In this document: positions 25,176-35,695 of the stretch, one piece after another
How the letters are laid out: every line of letters starts with the position of its first letter
Position numbering within the stretch: the first letter of the stretch is position 1
IMG/VR virus record: IMGVR_UViG_3300018080_000123
Location: 49,607-113,606 of that record
Reading direction: 5' to 3' (one strand)
DNA from: a virus
Length of the DNA: 64,000 bases
The notes under the pieces: generated by a model
Seen by the model: the letters and a program-made list of their open reading frames with translations, nothing else
What the model was told of the DNA's origin: nothing
Database searches by the model: none
Translations under genes and position numbers: made by a program

Positions 25176-27071
25176 TCAAAACGCGAAATTAAAGCCTCCA
25201 TCGTCGTCGTCGTCGTTGTTGTCTTCAAAATCCGCTCTGTTATCATAAATTGGCTTTCCAGTTAGCTGTCCAATTTCTTCCGGAGTTGGCGCTTTGTCAA
25301 ATTTTCTGGTTTGGGCGTTCCCGTGGCTCTCAGCAAAATTAAATTCTGGCGTTCCAATTCCTAAAGTAGAATGTAATGGATATCTAATTGCGTCTGGCGC
25401 GTGAGAGTATTCATGGGCATATTCCCCATCAATTACATTTCCCGCGCTGTCCAGTTTATGATGGAACTTATGAATGCATAGCTTTAAATACTCACAAGAT
25501 TCGTGAACAAACAGTCGAGTATTCTCGGTTCCAGGAATTCTGATTAAATTTCTGACAGTAGAGATCCCAGGGCGAACATCTTTGACAACATTCTCTTTCA
25601 TTCCGTCCTTTGCGCCTCTTTGGATGTTTCCCCCGTACCTTTTTGGTCCTGCACAATGAAAGCCTGCTTTTCGGAGAGATTTTATTCCGCTAGGATTCTC
25701 TGTGTCGGCATAAATTGTCTCAATTTTGTATCTTCCCCACTGTTGTTTAAAGTATAGGGCAAATTCCTCGTCTGTCATTTCTGGACTCATCAAAGCGATT
25801 TCTTTAACAATATAGACTCTTTGTCTTCCATCGACATAGATCAAATATGCAACCATAGGGTCAGTAAAACCAAAATCAATTCCTACAATTGGGAAAACAC
25901 TATGATCTTCAAACGTTTTTACAAGCTCTTCTTCGGTAATCTCATGATCTGGAGATTCTCCAGTGAAAATCTCATACATTTGAGTGTATGTTTTGATATT
26001 TTTATAGTCTCTCCAATCACTATATACTAAACCTGTAGAAGGAGGTTGCTTGCATAAGAACTGAGCAATGGCCATTTGCTCGTCATTTGACTCAAAAAGC
26101 TTCATCTGGACATAATCACATGTCTTAAGCCACTTACTCTTCGATTTTTGCTTCTTTGAATGAGTTCTACATGCAGCAAAAATTTTACAATTTTTTAAAC
26201 ATCCTTCATACCCATCAAACCTCTCATATCTTTTTTGATCATCGGGAGGAAGACTTTTGAAATCCTCTTCCGACTGAGAGATAAGAGTATCCCTTTTTAC
26301 ATAAATAGGAATCTTTTTAGTCCCCGACCTGCTCTCAGGACACCTCTCCATAATATCAATAATATTCCAATGAAATACTTTGACACCTTTTTGAGGCGCT
26401 TCATCGATTTCTTTTTGAACCAATCCAAACGCCGACTTCCGAACAGAGATGCCAAAAGTAATAGGGGGGCGGCCATCGGGCATATTAATAGGAATGCTAT
26501 CAATATCACTGTACGCGGAAACGTCTTGCACGACATCAATTTCATCCTTACAAACTAACGATTGGTGAGGCCCTTGCACTCTTTTTTTAGTACAGGGCAT
26601 TGTTTCTAAAATAGCTCCTTTTTTTGTCACAGTCTTTTCTAATATAGAACTTTCAACCAACTCCCATATAAGAGAATTTCGCTTTATATATGGTTGAAAA
26701 TAATCATTGTAACAATGCTTTACATGAGACTCTCCTGCAGCAATATGACAAGATCCTCTACTGTCATGAGTAAGAGATAACAGCTCTACAATTGCAGCAT
26801 TCAAAGTTTTAAAGCCCGAACGGCAGGCATACCATAAAGATTTGGTGAAACGCTCTTCTGGAGAAATTGTGTTCCAATAAAGCATACTCCTATACAATTC
26901 CCATACCATATGCATTGGATTACTATTAGAGTCGGGATCAACGGTACAATCGGGGAGATCGGCCTTAAGAAAAAACTTAATCCAATTCCGCAATTCCCTT
27001 TTAGTCTTGCACGGGCGATCCCTTAGGGTCCTTAGGGTCGCTAGTGTTTTGTCGCTTTTCTGATCGCTCAT
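25176..27071 (-). CDS. terL: terminase large subunit
   Basis: Walker A-like CRSGFKT, Walker B KDEID, nuclease GIDFGFTDP and HAPDAIRY; upstream of portal. Confidence 0.8.
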   Translation of the reverse strand: MSDQKSDKTLATLRTLRDRPCKTKRELRNWIKFFLKADLPDCTVDPDSNSNPMHMVWELYRSMLYWNTISPEERFTKSLWYACRSGFKTLNAAIVELLSLTHDSRGSCHIAAGESHVKHCYNDYFQPYIKRNSLIWELVESSILEKTVTKKGAILETMPCTKKRVQGPHQSLVCKDEIDVVQDVSAYSDIDSIPINMPDGRPPITFGISVRKSAFGLVQKEIDEAPQKGVKVFHWNIIDIMERCPESRSGTKKIPIYVKRDTLISQSEEDFKSLPPDDQKRYERFDGYEGCLKNCKIFAACRTHSKKQKSKSKWLKTCDYVQMKLFESNDEQMAIAQFLCKQPPSTGLVYSDWRDYKNIKTYTQMYEIFTGESPDHEITEEELVKTFEDHSVFPIVGIDFGFTDPMVAYLIYVDGRQRVYIVKEIALMSPEMTDEEFALYFKQQWGRYKIETIYADTENPSGIKSLRKAGFHCAGPKRYGGNIQRGAKDGMKENVVKDVRPGISTVRNLIRIPGTENTRLFVHESCEYLKLCIHKFHHKLDSAGNVIDGEYAHEYSHAPDAIRYPLHSTLGIGTPEFNFAESHGNAQTRKFDKAPTPEEIGQLTGKPIYDNRADFEDNNDDDDDGGFNFAF

Positions 27072-27654
27072 TATTATCCAATAGTTTGGTTTCTTTTACT
27101 TCTTTAAATTCTGCATCTACGATGTCATCCGCCAGTACCTCGAGCAAACGATCTGCTTTTTCATCGCTAATCTCTATTTTTTCATATATATCAACATTAA
27201 CTTGTTTTCTTTCCACTCCATCGTTTTCAATCAAGTATAGGGTCTTAACGAGCTTTTCAAAATCGCCAATGTCAGAAACAAAATTAATAAGTTGAAGATA
27301 GCCAAAATCTTTGTCTTCTTTATTTTGACCTTCTCTAATACGTTTTTCAATATCAGAGATGCGCGAAGCCGTTAAATCGATCAGCTTTCCTGTTGCTTCG
27401 AAAACTTGTTGTTTGAGTTCAAGAATCTTTTTATCGTTCTGAGCTCGAACTTTCTCAAGAATTTTACCTTTGCGATCCATCCATTTTTCCTCGTCCCTCA
27501 TATTATAAATTGTCTGAACATCACAATCGTATTGAAGAGCCAATTGCGTATACGTTTTATTATTTTCCATCCAGTCCTTAAAAATAAGCTCACGCGTTTC
27601 AGGCGAATGCTTATGTTTAGGGCCGACAGCTTTCTTTTTTGATTTCCTGCCCAT
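27001..27654 (-). CDS. terS: putative terminase small subunit
   Basis: N-terminal HTH plus coiled coil, overlaps the terL start. Confidence 0.55.
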   Translation of the reverse strand: MGRKSKKKAVGPKHKHSPETRELIFKDWMENNKTYTQLALQYDCDVQTIYNMRDEEKWMDRKGKILEKVRAQNDKKILELKQQVFEATGKLIDLTASRISDIEKRIREGQNKEDKDFGYLQLINFVSDIGDFEKLVKTLYLIENDGVERKQVNVDIYEKIEISDEKADRLLEVLADDIVDAEFKEVKETKLLDNNERSEKRQNTSDPKDPKGSPVQD

Positions 27655-28171
27655 CAATTTTCTTCTTAATCTCTTTTATATGATCAAAATACTCAGTTGC
27701 CTCTTTAATGATTTCAGGGTTTGAGACATTTGACCCCGTTTTATAAAACCCAAGCCAAGAATTTGGATGCCGAATCTTGTACGTAAGTTTAAGATGTCGT
27801 AAGATCTTGCAGGCAACATCCAAATTATAATCAAAATCACTCAATAGGCGATCCGGATTAAGTTTCATTCTCCAAATATTAGTAACGTTGATTTGATAAC
27901 AACCATAATCAATTATATGCCCGTTCTCGTTTTTTCCTTTTTTATATTTGCATAGGGTGCTTTCCTTGAATGCGATGGCAGTTAAGTTTTTCCAGTCTAA
28001 TCTATATTTTTTAGCATATAGATAAATTGACTTTGCCATATCGTAAGCCTCGTCACAAGAAATATTAGGCCTTAGTTTCATAATAGAAGAAGTAATCGGT
28101 AATTCGCACTTAGATCCTGCAAATCCCGGTGAGCTAAGCAAGGCAAATAATAGAATCAAAGAGTACTTCAT
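27617..28171 (-). CDS. lytic transglycosylase (SLT-like) with signal peptide
   Basis: AIAFKES catalytic Glu, DYGCYQIN, YNLDVACKIL; N-terminal MKYSLILLFALLSSPGFA. Confidence 0.8.
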   Translation of the reverse strand: MKYSLILLFALLSSPGFAGSKCELPITSSIMKLRPNISCDEAYDMAKSIYLYAKKYRLDWKNLTAIAFKESTLCKYKKGKNENGHIIDYGCYQINVTNIWRMKLNPDRLLSDFDYNLDVACKILRHLKLTYKIRHPNSWLGFYKTGSNVSNPEIIKEATEYFDHIKEIKKKIDGQEIKKESCRP

Positions 28172-28470
28172 TACTTTTTATACACCTTAAATTCGCATTT
28201 CAGATCATATGCAGCCGTAAGTGGAGCTAAAGCAGTAAACAATCTATCTCGAATCCGGCTTTTACTCCGAAAAATCATGCTCCATCGAGACAAAAAAAGC
28301 CTAACAACAATACTTCTCTCTTTTTTATCCAGCGAGAAATGAGCCGATTTTACAGCTCCATCGCACATCAAAGCTAATCCTAGAATACAGTCTACAACGG
28401 GACCGGAATCAATCTGATCGTGATCAATAAGCCACTTAATACTCTCATTTATAAATCGTTCATCTTGCAT
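28171..28470 (-). CDS. hypothetical protein
   Basis: TAATG-coupled ORF. Confidence 0.5.
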   Translation of the reverse strand: MQDERFINESIKWLIDHDQIDSGPVVDCILGLALMCDGAVKSAHFSLDKKERSIVVRLFLSRWSMIFRSKSRIRDRLFTALAPLTAAYDLKCEFKVYKK

Positions 28471-29057
28471 CTTTGGCTCCTAAGATATGCTAATCCAACA
28501 AGAATAGCGTCACACACGTCGTTATCTTTCATTTTCATATTAAGATTATACAATTTATTGACCATTCTCACGGACAGGTGTTTTTTTGTAATTTTGCCCC
28601 TGGCCTTCTTGCCTTCCTTTTTAGCTTTTCTAATATCAGCATTATTCTGCTTATCTTCTTTTGACATATACAAGCCCATAGTTTGGCGCCACTTTGATGT
28701 ATCTAAATAAATAACTCGGATTTCTTCATCCCTACAAACATCAACAACCAAACAATGTATGAATTCAAGCATTTTTTGAGCAAATCTATTTTTCCCTTTG
28801 TTAGTTTCTTCTATCACAACCACATCGGGAATAAACTTATGATATACGTCAAAAATATTGAGCATCATCCTTTTAGCAGCATCAACATAATTAAACGGAT
28901 ACCCTTCTTCTTCGGTATTATAAGGAGCATTTTTTCCCCATACCTTCTGAACAATGGTTCCGTGGTCAACAAGTTTCTCTTCCTCGTCTATGATAGCCCA
29001 CCCCGTTTGAGTAGAGATATCCAGAGCTAAAATTCTATGCAATTTTTGATATTCCAT
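28449..29057 (-). CDS. ruvC: RuvC-like Holliday junction resolvase
   Basis: ILALDISTQTGWA, VVIEE and NDVCDAI. Confidence 0.75.
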   Translation of the reverse strand: MEYQKLHRILALDISTQTGWAIIDEEEKLVDHGTIVQKVWGKNAPYNTEEEGYPFNYVDAAKRMMLNIFDVYHKFIPDVVVIEETNKGKNRFAQKMLEFIHCLVVDVCRDEEIRVIYLDTSKWRQTMGLYMSKEDKQNNADIRKAKKEGKKARGKITKKHLSVRMVNKLYNLNMKMKDNDVCDAILVGLAYLRSQRCKMNDL

Positions 29058-30882
29058 CTCGTTTTTCCACGGATAGCGTGTTATCGACCAAATCCTTTGT
29101 GGCGTTAAAATGATCAATAATGAAAATATTTTCTCTTTCTTGTTTCAGGCGATTCAATAAATCAACGATTAGCTCTCGTCCGTTCTCATCGAGCCCCTCA
29201 AACACCTCATCCAGAAACATGAAATTAAATGTCTTATGGCTTCGGTTGGCCACAATATTTGATAATGCAAAACTTACTGCTAGTTCGATCCTCTTTTTCT
29301 CGCCGCCAGATAGGGATTCAAAATCTCTCTGAACATTATCCATCACAATAGATGTACTAAACTTTTGCTTAATTTCTCCCTTTGAATCGGTCGTTTCGGT
29401 CTCAAACGATACGCGAACATCTGCATTAAACAAAGTCTGAACATAATCATTAACGTTATCATTTAGCTCGTTGACAACAGTATCAAATACATGATACTTA
29501 ATATTTTTGTAAAGATCTTTTAAGGTAATGTAATACTGTTGGCTTTCGTTTTTCTCTTTCACTTCATCATTTAACTTTTGCAACTCGCTTTCGACTTTTT
29601 TAATACTTTCTTGACAGCTTTTCAACAAATCCCAAAAACGATTGGTTTCGTGACCGATTTTTTCTAAATCGCCGATAAGCCTGCTCCAAATTCCGCGAGC
29701 GGATTCGAGATTGGACAAATACATTTCTTTATGGCGAATCTTTTCTTGAACATCTCTTTTTGCCCGTTCGGCTTTCTCAATTTTTTCTTTAACGAGAGGT
29801 TCAAATGTTAACAACTCTTTACACTCTGTCATTTTTTCAAGAATTTGCTGTAGCTCTTGATCAAGAACTCTAAGCTCTCCCCGAGCCTTTTCAATTTCTT
29901 TTCGTTGATGCTCTTCATTGATCGGCTGTTTACAGCGAGGACAATCTCCTTCTAAAGAAGAAAGCTGTTCTATCTCTCGCTTTTTATTGTTTGACAACTC
30001 CAGTAGCACACTTTTTCTGTTAGCGTAGCTACTATTTAGATTATGAACCTCCGCGAGAATGTTAATTTTATTTTTGTATTTTTGTATTTTTTGATCAAAG
30101 TCAACACTTTGCTCCTTAATAGAATTTTCAAGAATTGCAACATCTTCTTCTATCTTCTTAATAGCTTGGGACTGTTTTTCAATTTCTACTTCTTTTTCAT
30201 CCAGTTTGCGCTTTTTATCGGTCTCAAATCCCTCATATGCAATTTCAAAGCTTTTATACTCTCTCTCCAGCTTTTGTTTACTTTCCGTCATAAAGGAAAT
30301 CTTCTGACTCAACATCTCTAATCCCACAGAAGAAGTTCCCAGAGCCTCATGTGCTATTTTATAAGCTTTATCAAAATCATCTAAGCTAATCAACTCGGTT
30401 AAAATCTTAACTTTTTCCCCGTCGCTGGCAGAAACAAAACGAGACTTAGCATTTTGACAGAAATAAACCGAATTAACAAAAATATCATATGACAATCCTA
30501 GAGTATTCTCAATGACCTTTTGAAGTTCGTCTTTATCTTTTCCTAGCTCTTGCTGCCCATTAATTGTAAGATTTAATATGGTAGGCTTCCTTCCTCTTTC
30601 AATTTTATATATATTGCCGTGATCTTCGACTTCCATACTCACAAAAAGATCTTTCTTTTTCTTTTTGTTAATTAGTTCATCTACCTTAACAGATCGAGGA
30701 ATTTTTCCTGTAAATGCATAGCATATTGCGTCGGGGATAGCTGTCTTTCCGGCTCCGTTAGCGGAGTCCTCGTCATAGTTCCATCCTTTAATCAAATGAA
30801 GGCCTTGATCAAAAATTGCATGATCTAAATTAAGCTCTTCAAAGCTCCAAAAATTTTTAGCGCTGAGACTTAAAACTCTCAT
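29035..30882 (-). CDS. sbcC: SbcC/Rad50-like (T4 gp46-like) ATPase
   Basis: NGAGKT, Zn-hook CPRC, LSGGE and FLDEVF. Confidence 0.9.
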   Translation of the reverse strand: MRVLSLSAKNFWSFEELNLDHAIFDQGLHLIKGWNYDEDSANGAGKTAIPDAICYAFTGKIPRSVKVDELINKKKKKDLFVSMEVEDHGNIYKIERGRKPTILNLTINGQQELGKDKDELQKVIENTLGLSYDIFVNSVYFCQNAKSRFVSASDGEKVKILTELISLDDFDKAYKIAHEALGTSSVGLEMLSQKISFMTESKQKLEREYKSFEIAYEGFETDKKRKLDEKEVEIEKQSQAIKKIEEDVAILENSIKEQSVDFDQKIQKYKNKINILAEVHNLNSSYANRKSVLLELSNNKKREIEQLSSLEGDCPRCKQPINEEHQRKEIEKARGELRVLDQELQQILEKMTECKELLTFEPLVKEKIEKAERAKRDVQEKIRHKEMYLSNLESARGIWSRLIGDLEKIGHETNRFWDLLKSCQESIKKVESELQKLNDEVKEKNESQQYYITLKDLYKNIKYHVFDTVVNELNDNVNDYVQTLFNADVRVSFETETTDSKGEIKQKFSTSIVMDNVQRDFESLSGGEKKRIELAVSFALSNIVANRSHKTFNFMFLDEVFEGLDENGRELIVDLLNRLKQERENIFIIDHFNATKDLVDNTLSVEKRDGISKIA

Positions 30883-31229
30883 TCGTAGTCCTCCATCTTT
30901 TTTGGAGTTCCGTCTTCCCTCAACCAACCCTGCTCTTTTGCATATTTGGTCCCATATTTGGCAACCAGATCGGGCAGCTCATATTTAACGTGATGTTCTT
31001 TGGTTCGTCTTTTCATAATCGAATTCAGGTCTTTTTTAATCTGTTTATTTCTATAGGAATCGGCCTGCTCTTTAACGATAGCATTAGAAACAATAGCAGC
31101 TTTTTTCTTCATCGAAGTTCCACACTTACTACATACAGGACAAACATAGCTGTTTTCTTCTTCACGGGTCTTGAAGAGTTTTCTTTTTTCTTCTGCGCAC
31201 TTATCGCATACATATATTCTAATTGGCAT
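30879..31229 (-). CDS. FmdB-like zinc-ribbon protein
   Basis: MPIRIYVCDKC...CSKCG. Confidence 0.6.
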   Translation of the reverse strand: MPIRIYVCDKCAEEKRKLFKTREEENSYVCPVCSKCGTSMKKKAAIVSNAIVKEQADSYRNKQIKKDLNSIMKRRTKEHHVKYELPDLVAKYGTKYAKEQGWLREDGTPKKMEDYE

Positions 31230-32214
31230 CTCTTACCTGCTTAAGTATTTTTTGACTAAGTTGATTTAATTTTTCTTTGTCAAGTTTCGTTTGAAGAGTA
31301 CTGATGTAGACTTCAACCATTTTATTCTTATCTAGATTTTCCTCGATCTTGATAAGTTTGGCGCTTTTAATTTCTATTTTTTGAAGAGAGAGGTTAGGAA
31401 AATTGAACATTGATTTGGTAATTTTGTTGAGGACATCTTTTGGTCCTTTTAGCTTAAGCCTAATATAATCGCCAGGAGAAGCTTCAATTTTGATGCTCTT
31501 AATATCTTTTTTCTTCATTACCGTGCAGCTTAATTGAATATGACGCGGTAAATCTAATCTAATTTTGTTTATACTATCATCTCTGGTGTCATAAATAATA
31601 ACACTCTTTTCTTGATTAGCTTCTGAAAATGAATGAGAGAAGGGTGTCCCTACACAAATAATATTCTTTTGCTCTTGAGGAGTATGAATATGTCCTAAAA
31701 AAACTCTCTTATAGGGGTCAAAACGAGAAACTTTAATTCCGCTAGTTATTTCTTTCCCGCTCTCATACTTAAAACCACTGACGTCTTGATGAGCATATAT
31801 AACATCCACATTCCCAACCTTTTGCAACGCGGAGACAAAGGATTCCTCGTTCTTACAATAAGGAATCACCCCAGCCCGAACCGATTCAGAAGAAAACCCG
31901 AAGGCAATAGGCTCAGAATGAATATCTACGTTCTCTAATTGATTGAATGGAGTTAGAGCGTGATTTTGACACTCAAGATTCTCATAATCGTGATTTCCAA
32001 CAAGCATAGAAACACGCGTTGGCCAATCGCGAAGCTGATGAAGAAGAAATCTCTGACATTCAGATCTGATATCAGCTTTTCCGTGATATTGATCTCCCAA
32101 GAATATAGTATGATCGACAGTTTTTGCAATCTCGCGCAGCTGTTCAAAACATTTTTCAGCTGTCTTCAGTCGGCTCTTCTTCAGATGAAGATCCCCAACT
32201 ATCAGTTTCCTCAT
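31219..32214 (-). CDS. sbcD: SbcD/Mre11-like (T4 gp47-like) nuclease
   Basis: GDLH, LGD, GNHD and LGHIH. Confidence 0.88.
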   Translation of the reverse strand: MRKLIVGDLHLKKSRLKTAEKCFEQLREIAKTVDHTIFLGDQYHGKADIRSECQRFLLHQLRDWPTRVSMLVGNHDYENLECQNHALTPFNQLENVDIHSEPIAFGFSSESVRAGVIPYCKNEESFVSALQKVGNVDVIYAHQDVSGFKYESGKEITSGIKVSRFDPYKRVFLGHIHTPQEQKNIICVGTPFSHSFSEANQEKSVIIYDTRDDSINKIRLDLPRHIQLSCTVMKKKDIKSIKIEASPGDYIRLKLKGPKDVLNKITKSMFNFPNLSLQKIEIKSAKLIKIEENLDKNKMVEVYISTLQTKLDKEKLNQLSQKILKQVRDAN

Positions 32215-33085
32215 CTTCTCCCCCTCTCTTTGATCCTTTAGTTAGATCTTCAATAAAATAAGATCTCACTCTGAATTGGACCGATTCAGGCTCAAGTCCC
32301 GAACGAAGATGATTTTTAGTCATTCTTGCTTTAACAACAATTCCGTCTTTAATTCTCTCTCCTTTGACCATTCTAATATAATCACTTACTCGCGCCAATT
32401 GAATAATTACTGAGCTAAAATATTCGGCTGCGTCTCCGCCCTTATTTCCATACCCATGGCCACCAATCTTAGCATACGTTTGGTTAATAAACAATAGAGT
32501 AATATTACTATTATATAGTTTCTGGACAAATACTCTGAGCCAACGTGCGATAACCTTCGCTGCAGAAGCTAACTGAGTTTTTTCATCCATATCGGCTTCG
32601 GTTTCTACTTGAGATGGGGTCCCCCCTAAACTATCAAAAGCAATAAAAATCTTTGCATTGGGATCATGAGCAAAAATTATATTGATGTACTCGTCAATCC
32701 CCACAAAAGCTTGCTCTAGATTTGGTGGAAAAATTGCGTTAATATCCCCCGGCTTTCCGCCCATTTTTTCATAACGCTCCATACTAAATTTCTTTTCTGT
32801 ATCCACCAAAACAACATAAAGCCCATCTTTTTGAGCTTGAATCATAGCAAGCATTGCAAGAGTTGTTTTCCCGGAATTTGGACGGCCTGCTATTTGATAA
32901 ATTCTTGATGCTCCGTATCCTGGGCGAGTTAAAAGACGATCAATTGGAGCGGCGGCATTAATCCAATAAGCAGGGAGAGGGACATCTTCTCCTGTCCCAA
33001 CGATAACATCGTTACGTTTCTTTGCTTTATAGCTTTCTTTCAACTTCTTGGCTAAAATATCAGCGCTAAGCTTTTGATCAGTCAT
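32156..33085 (-). CDS. uvsX: RecA/UvsX-like recombinase
   Basis: GRPNSGKTT, VDTE, FDSL and LFINQ. Confidence 0.85.
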   Translation of the reverse strand: MTDQKLSADILAKKLKESYKAKKRNDVIVGTGEDVPLPAYWINAAAPIDRLLTRPGYGASRIYQIAGRPNSGKTTLAMLAMIQAQKDGLYVVLVDTEKKFSMERYEKMGGKPGDINAIFPPNLEQAFVGIDEYINIIFAHDPNAKIFIAFDSLGGTPSQVETEADMDEKTQLASAAKVIARWLRVFVQKLYNSNITLLFINQTYAKIGGHGYGNKGGDAAEYFSSVIIQLARVSDYIRMVKGERIKDGIVVKARMTKNHLRSGLEPESVQFRVRSYFIEDLTKGSKRGGEDEETDSWGSSSEEEPTEDS

Positions 33086-33462
33086 TATTTATCCCTTGCC
33101 TTTCCACGATAATATATGTGAGCATTCATAAACAGCTCTTGCATGCTTTTAAAATACTCTACTTCATTTTTCTTTTGTTGATATTCTCTTTCCGCTTTAG
33201 CATACTCTTGATTTAAAGGAATATCAATTTTTTTCGATGTCGCCGAAGATTCCGGAGATTTCTTAAAAGCATTCGACTCGGCAATATTTCTTAGGCTTCT
33301 AAAGCCAACTAATTCATTTTGAACAGTCTTAACTATTCTACAAAGAGTATAATATGCTTTGATAAACTGAGTAGCGTAATATTCTGCATCAGAGAATGAA
33401 CAGTCTCTGTCCGGTAAATTTTCAATTAGTTTTCCAAATTCCTTTAATTGCTCTTCAAACAT
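33085..33462 (-). CDS. UvsY-like recombination mediator
   Basis: Helical 125-aa protein between the SSB and UvsX genes; call rests on synteny. Confidence 0.45.
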   Translation of the reverse strand: MFEEQLKEFGKLIENLPDRDCSFSDAEYYATQFIKAYYTLCRIVKTVQNELVGFRSLRNIAESNAFKKSPESSATSKKIDIPLNQEYAKAEREYQQKKNEVEYFKSMQELFMNAHIYYRGKARDK

Positions 33463-33479
33463 TTAACCTCCAAAAGAGG

Positions 33480-33516
33480 AGGCCGAAAGGGCCGCTCTCG
33501 CGGCCCTATCCGGCCT
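33480..33516 (-). terminator. GC-rich hairpin after the SSB gene
   Basis: AGGCCG..AGGGCCGC-GAGA-GCGGCCCT..CGGCCT followed by CCTCTTTT. Confidence 0.7.
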
Positions 33517-33537
33517 ATTTTACGAGGAGGGGACATC

Positions 33538-34359
33538 TTAATCTTCCTGCAACATTGCTTTCAGCTTATTCAAATTGGTATCGCCAACAGCTGACGTCTC
33601 TGCTGTTTTTACAGGCTCAGGTTGAGAAGCTGAAGCTGAGTTCGTGATCTGCATTCCAGCTAACAAGGGAGATGAATTTGTTGGCTGGGTCGCATTTTGA
33701 TTGGAAAGTTTTGCCGCATTAACATCCTCTCCATTCAAAACTTTTTCCAATTCTTCAGGGGTATTCTCAATATAAACTGAAGTCAGATCTTCAAGCTCAA
33801 GTCCATTCACAATTGAATCGGGGAGGGCCCCTTTAGCTTTAACCCAAACCCGACAGTAAGGGTCAGTCTTTACCCTCTCAACTTCAAGAATGGCTCCGGT
33901 TTTGAGATCTGTAATATCGCCATCTTCGCGAAGCATGGTAGCGCGAATTTCTCTGTGCTGCGACTTTTTAGCACGCAAAACTTTGACTTTCCCTTCTCCG
34001 TCAACTATGTTGTAAAGAAAGAAAGTCTGAGGGCCAATATTCTGAGCCTCTTTCTGCTTTTGATTAGCTGTAAGCCAATCAGCTCGATCACAAATTGGAC
34101 AAGCTCCGTGCTTTTCTTTTGAACAAACATAAACTCGATTCTTACCATCTCCTCCAATAAATCCATAATGAAGTGTAATTTCATGAAAAGGAATTCCGTC
34201 GGTCTCTGGGCGAGCCGGAAGAACACGGAGAAGAGTATTGTTCCCATTCGTTGAATAGGGAATAGTAACAATTCTTCCGCCGCCGCCAGAAAGAGCTGCC
34301 TGTTTGCGCTCTTCGTCATGCTTAGCTTGTTCTCTTAAAAAATTCTTATTAAGTGCCAT
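33538..34359 (-). CDS. gp32-like single-stranded DNA-binding protein
   Basis: LRVLP, HYGF...CSK...CPIC Zn site, DITDLKTG; start moved to MALNK. Confidence 0.75.
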   Translation of the reverse strand: MALNKNFLREQAKHDEERKQAALSGGGGRIVTIPYSTNGNNTLLRVLPARPETDGIPFHEITLHYGFIGGDGKNRVYVCSKEKHGACPICDRADWLTANQKQKEAQNIGPQTFFLYNIVDGEGKVKVLRAKKSQHREIRATMLREDGDITDLKTGAILEVERVKTDPYCRVWVKAKGALPDSIVNGLELEDLTSVYIENTPEELEKVLNGEDVNAAKLSNQNATQPTNSSPLLAGMQITNSASASQPEPVKTAETSAVGDTNLNKLKAMLQED

Positions 34360-34380
34360 TTTCGACCCTCCTTTATTTTT

Positions 34381-34388
34381 ATTATACA
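34381..34388 (-). promoter_or_regulatory. -10-only promoter motif TGTATAAT
   Basis: Intergenic, ahead of an AGGAGG SD. Confidence 0.55.
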
Positions 34389-35378
34389 TTAAAAATTTAC
34401 TTCTAAACTCAGAAACAAACTTTTATTGTCGTTGATATCATATCCAATTCCTGGACCCAGATAGGTATTTGGAAAGATATCCAAAGGCCTATACATTATC
34501 GGTTTAAAATTAACTCCAAGATTTTTGATAGATTTGTCAAAGTCTACTCCGATATTGACAAATTTAAACTTCAAATCGTTTTTACTTTTTCCATATCCCG
34601 AAGTCGAGAAAGTTAGGTTTGGCTTTGCTATGAATCCATTTAGATTAGCACCAATATTAGCTCCTAAACCAAAACGAGGAGCCCACCAAATAAATGTATT
34701 CTTTTTAGAATCGTCCTGCTCTGTCGGATCAGTAATTATGATTCCGCCTTTAATGGGTAGCGGATAGGGAATGTCTTTCCAATCTTTAATTTCTCTCTTC
34801 TCTGCAAGCCCGCTTTCCTTGACAACATAAAATGCTTTGGTAAAAACTTTTATCTTTCCAGTCTGCTCGTCTTTAACTTCAAAACTCTTGACCACTATTT
34901 CAAACAAATAATTTCCACTTTCAACACTATGATCTTTTTTAATTAAAACCCAGCCAATTGGCGGGCTATCTTCACCTTGAATTCTAACTTCATTCAAGAA
35001 ATAGCCTCCATCAAGATTAAAAAAACTCCAATCGTCACTTTGCTCGGCTTGCCGAATTTTCTTTTTTAGCTCAAAGGTGGTTTCAGTAATTGACTTAATT
35101 CGACCATTTGCTTCATCAAGAGCTTCTTCAAACTCCTTCTTGACTTCCTCAAAAAGCTCTTTTTGAGTGCGATATCGGCTTTCCAACTTTCCAGTATAGT
35201 CATTAAGCTTTTTGAACTTCTCATCTTTACCGATCAGCTCTTTGTATAGTCTATCTTTCTCTTGTCTGTCTTGAATATAGTTATACGTAAAAATAGCAAC
35301 TAAAATTAACAAAACTCCAATTACTAGGCCTTTAAAATTTCTAACAAGGAGTCTTAACAAAAATTTTAAAAAGTTCAT
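34389..35378 (-). CDS. membrane-anchored coiled-coil protein with C-terminal amphipathic beta strands (spanin-like candidate)
   Basis: N-terminal TM segment, coiled coil, Gly/aromatic strands ending in LFLSLEVNF. Confidence 0.55.
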   Translation of the reverse strand: MNFLKFLLRLLVRNFKGLVIGVLLILVAIFTYNYIQDRQEKDRLYKELIGKDEKFKKLNDYTGKLESRYRTQKELFEEVKKEFEEALDEANGRIKSITETTFELKKKIRQAEQSDDWSFFNLDGGYFLNEVRIQGEDSPPIGWVLIKKDHSVESGNYLFEIVVKSFEVKDEQTGKIKVFTKAFYVVKESGLAEKREIKDWKDIPYPLPIKGGIIITDPTEQDDSKKNTFIWWAPRFGLGANIGANLNGFIAKPNLTFSTSGYGKSKNDLKFKFVNIGVDFDKSIKNLGVNFKPIMYRPLDIFPNTYLGPGIGYDINDNKSLFLSLEVNF

Positions 35379-35695
35379 AAAATGAAACCCCATAGAAGAC
35401 GTCCAATATTTAGACCAACAATCCAAAAAAGAACATCGAATATTGTTTTAGTTATTGATTGCCCATTCCGAACATCTTCACACTCTTTAAATCCAAGAAA
35501 AAATGTAAACACATTACCAAACAAAACCCATATAATCCAATTCCATCCTAAACTAAATCCAAGCGACACCCCACCTATCAAATGAAAACACTGTTTATAC
35601 CAAAATTGCCAATGCAAAGGGTTATGCTGAAGAACTCGGCCGACTCCAAAAGAGTAAGGCAATCGACAAAGAAACAAATAAACCTTATCAAACAC
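35375..35695 (-). CDS. small multi-TM protein
   Basis: Three hydrophobic segments. Confidence 0.5.
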   Translation of the reverse strand: MFDKVYLFLCRLPYSFGVGRVLQHNPLHWQFWYKQCFHLIGGVSLGFSLGWNWIIWVLFGNVFTFFLGFKECEDVRNGQSITKTIFDVLFWIVGLNIGRLLWGFIL

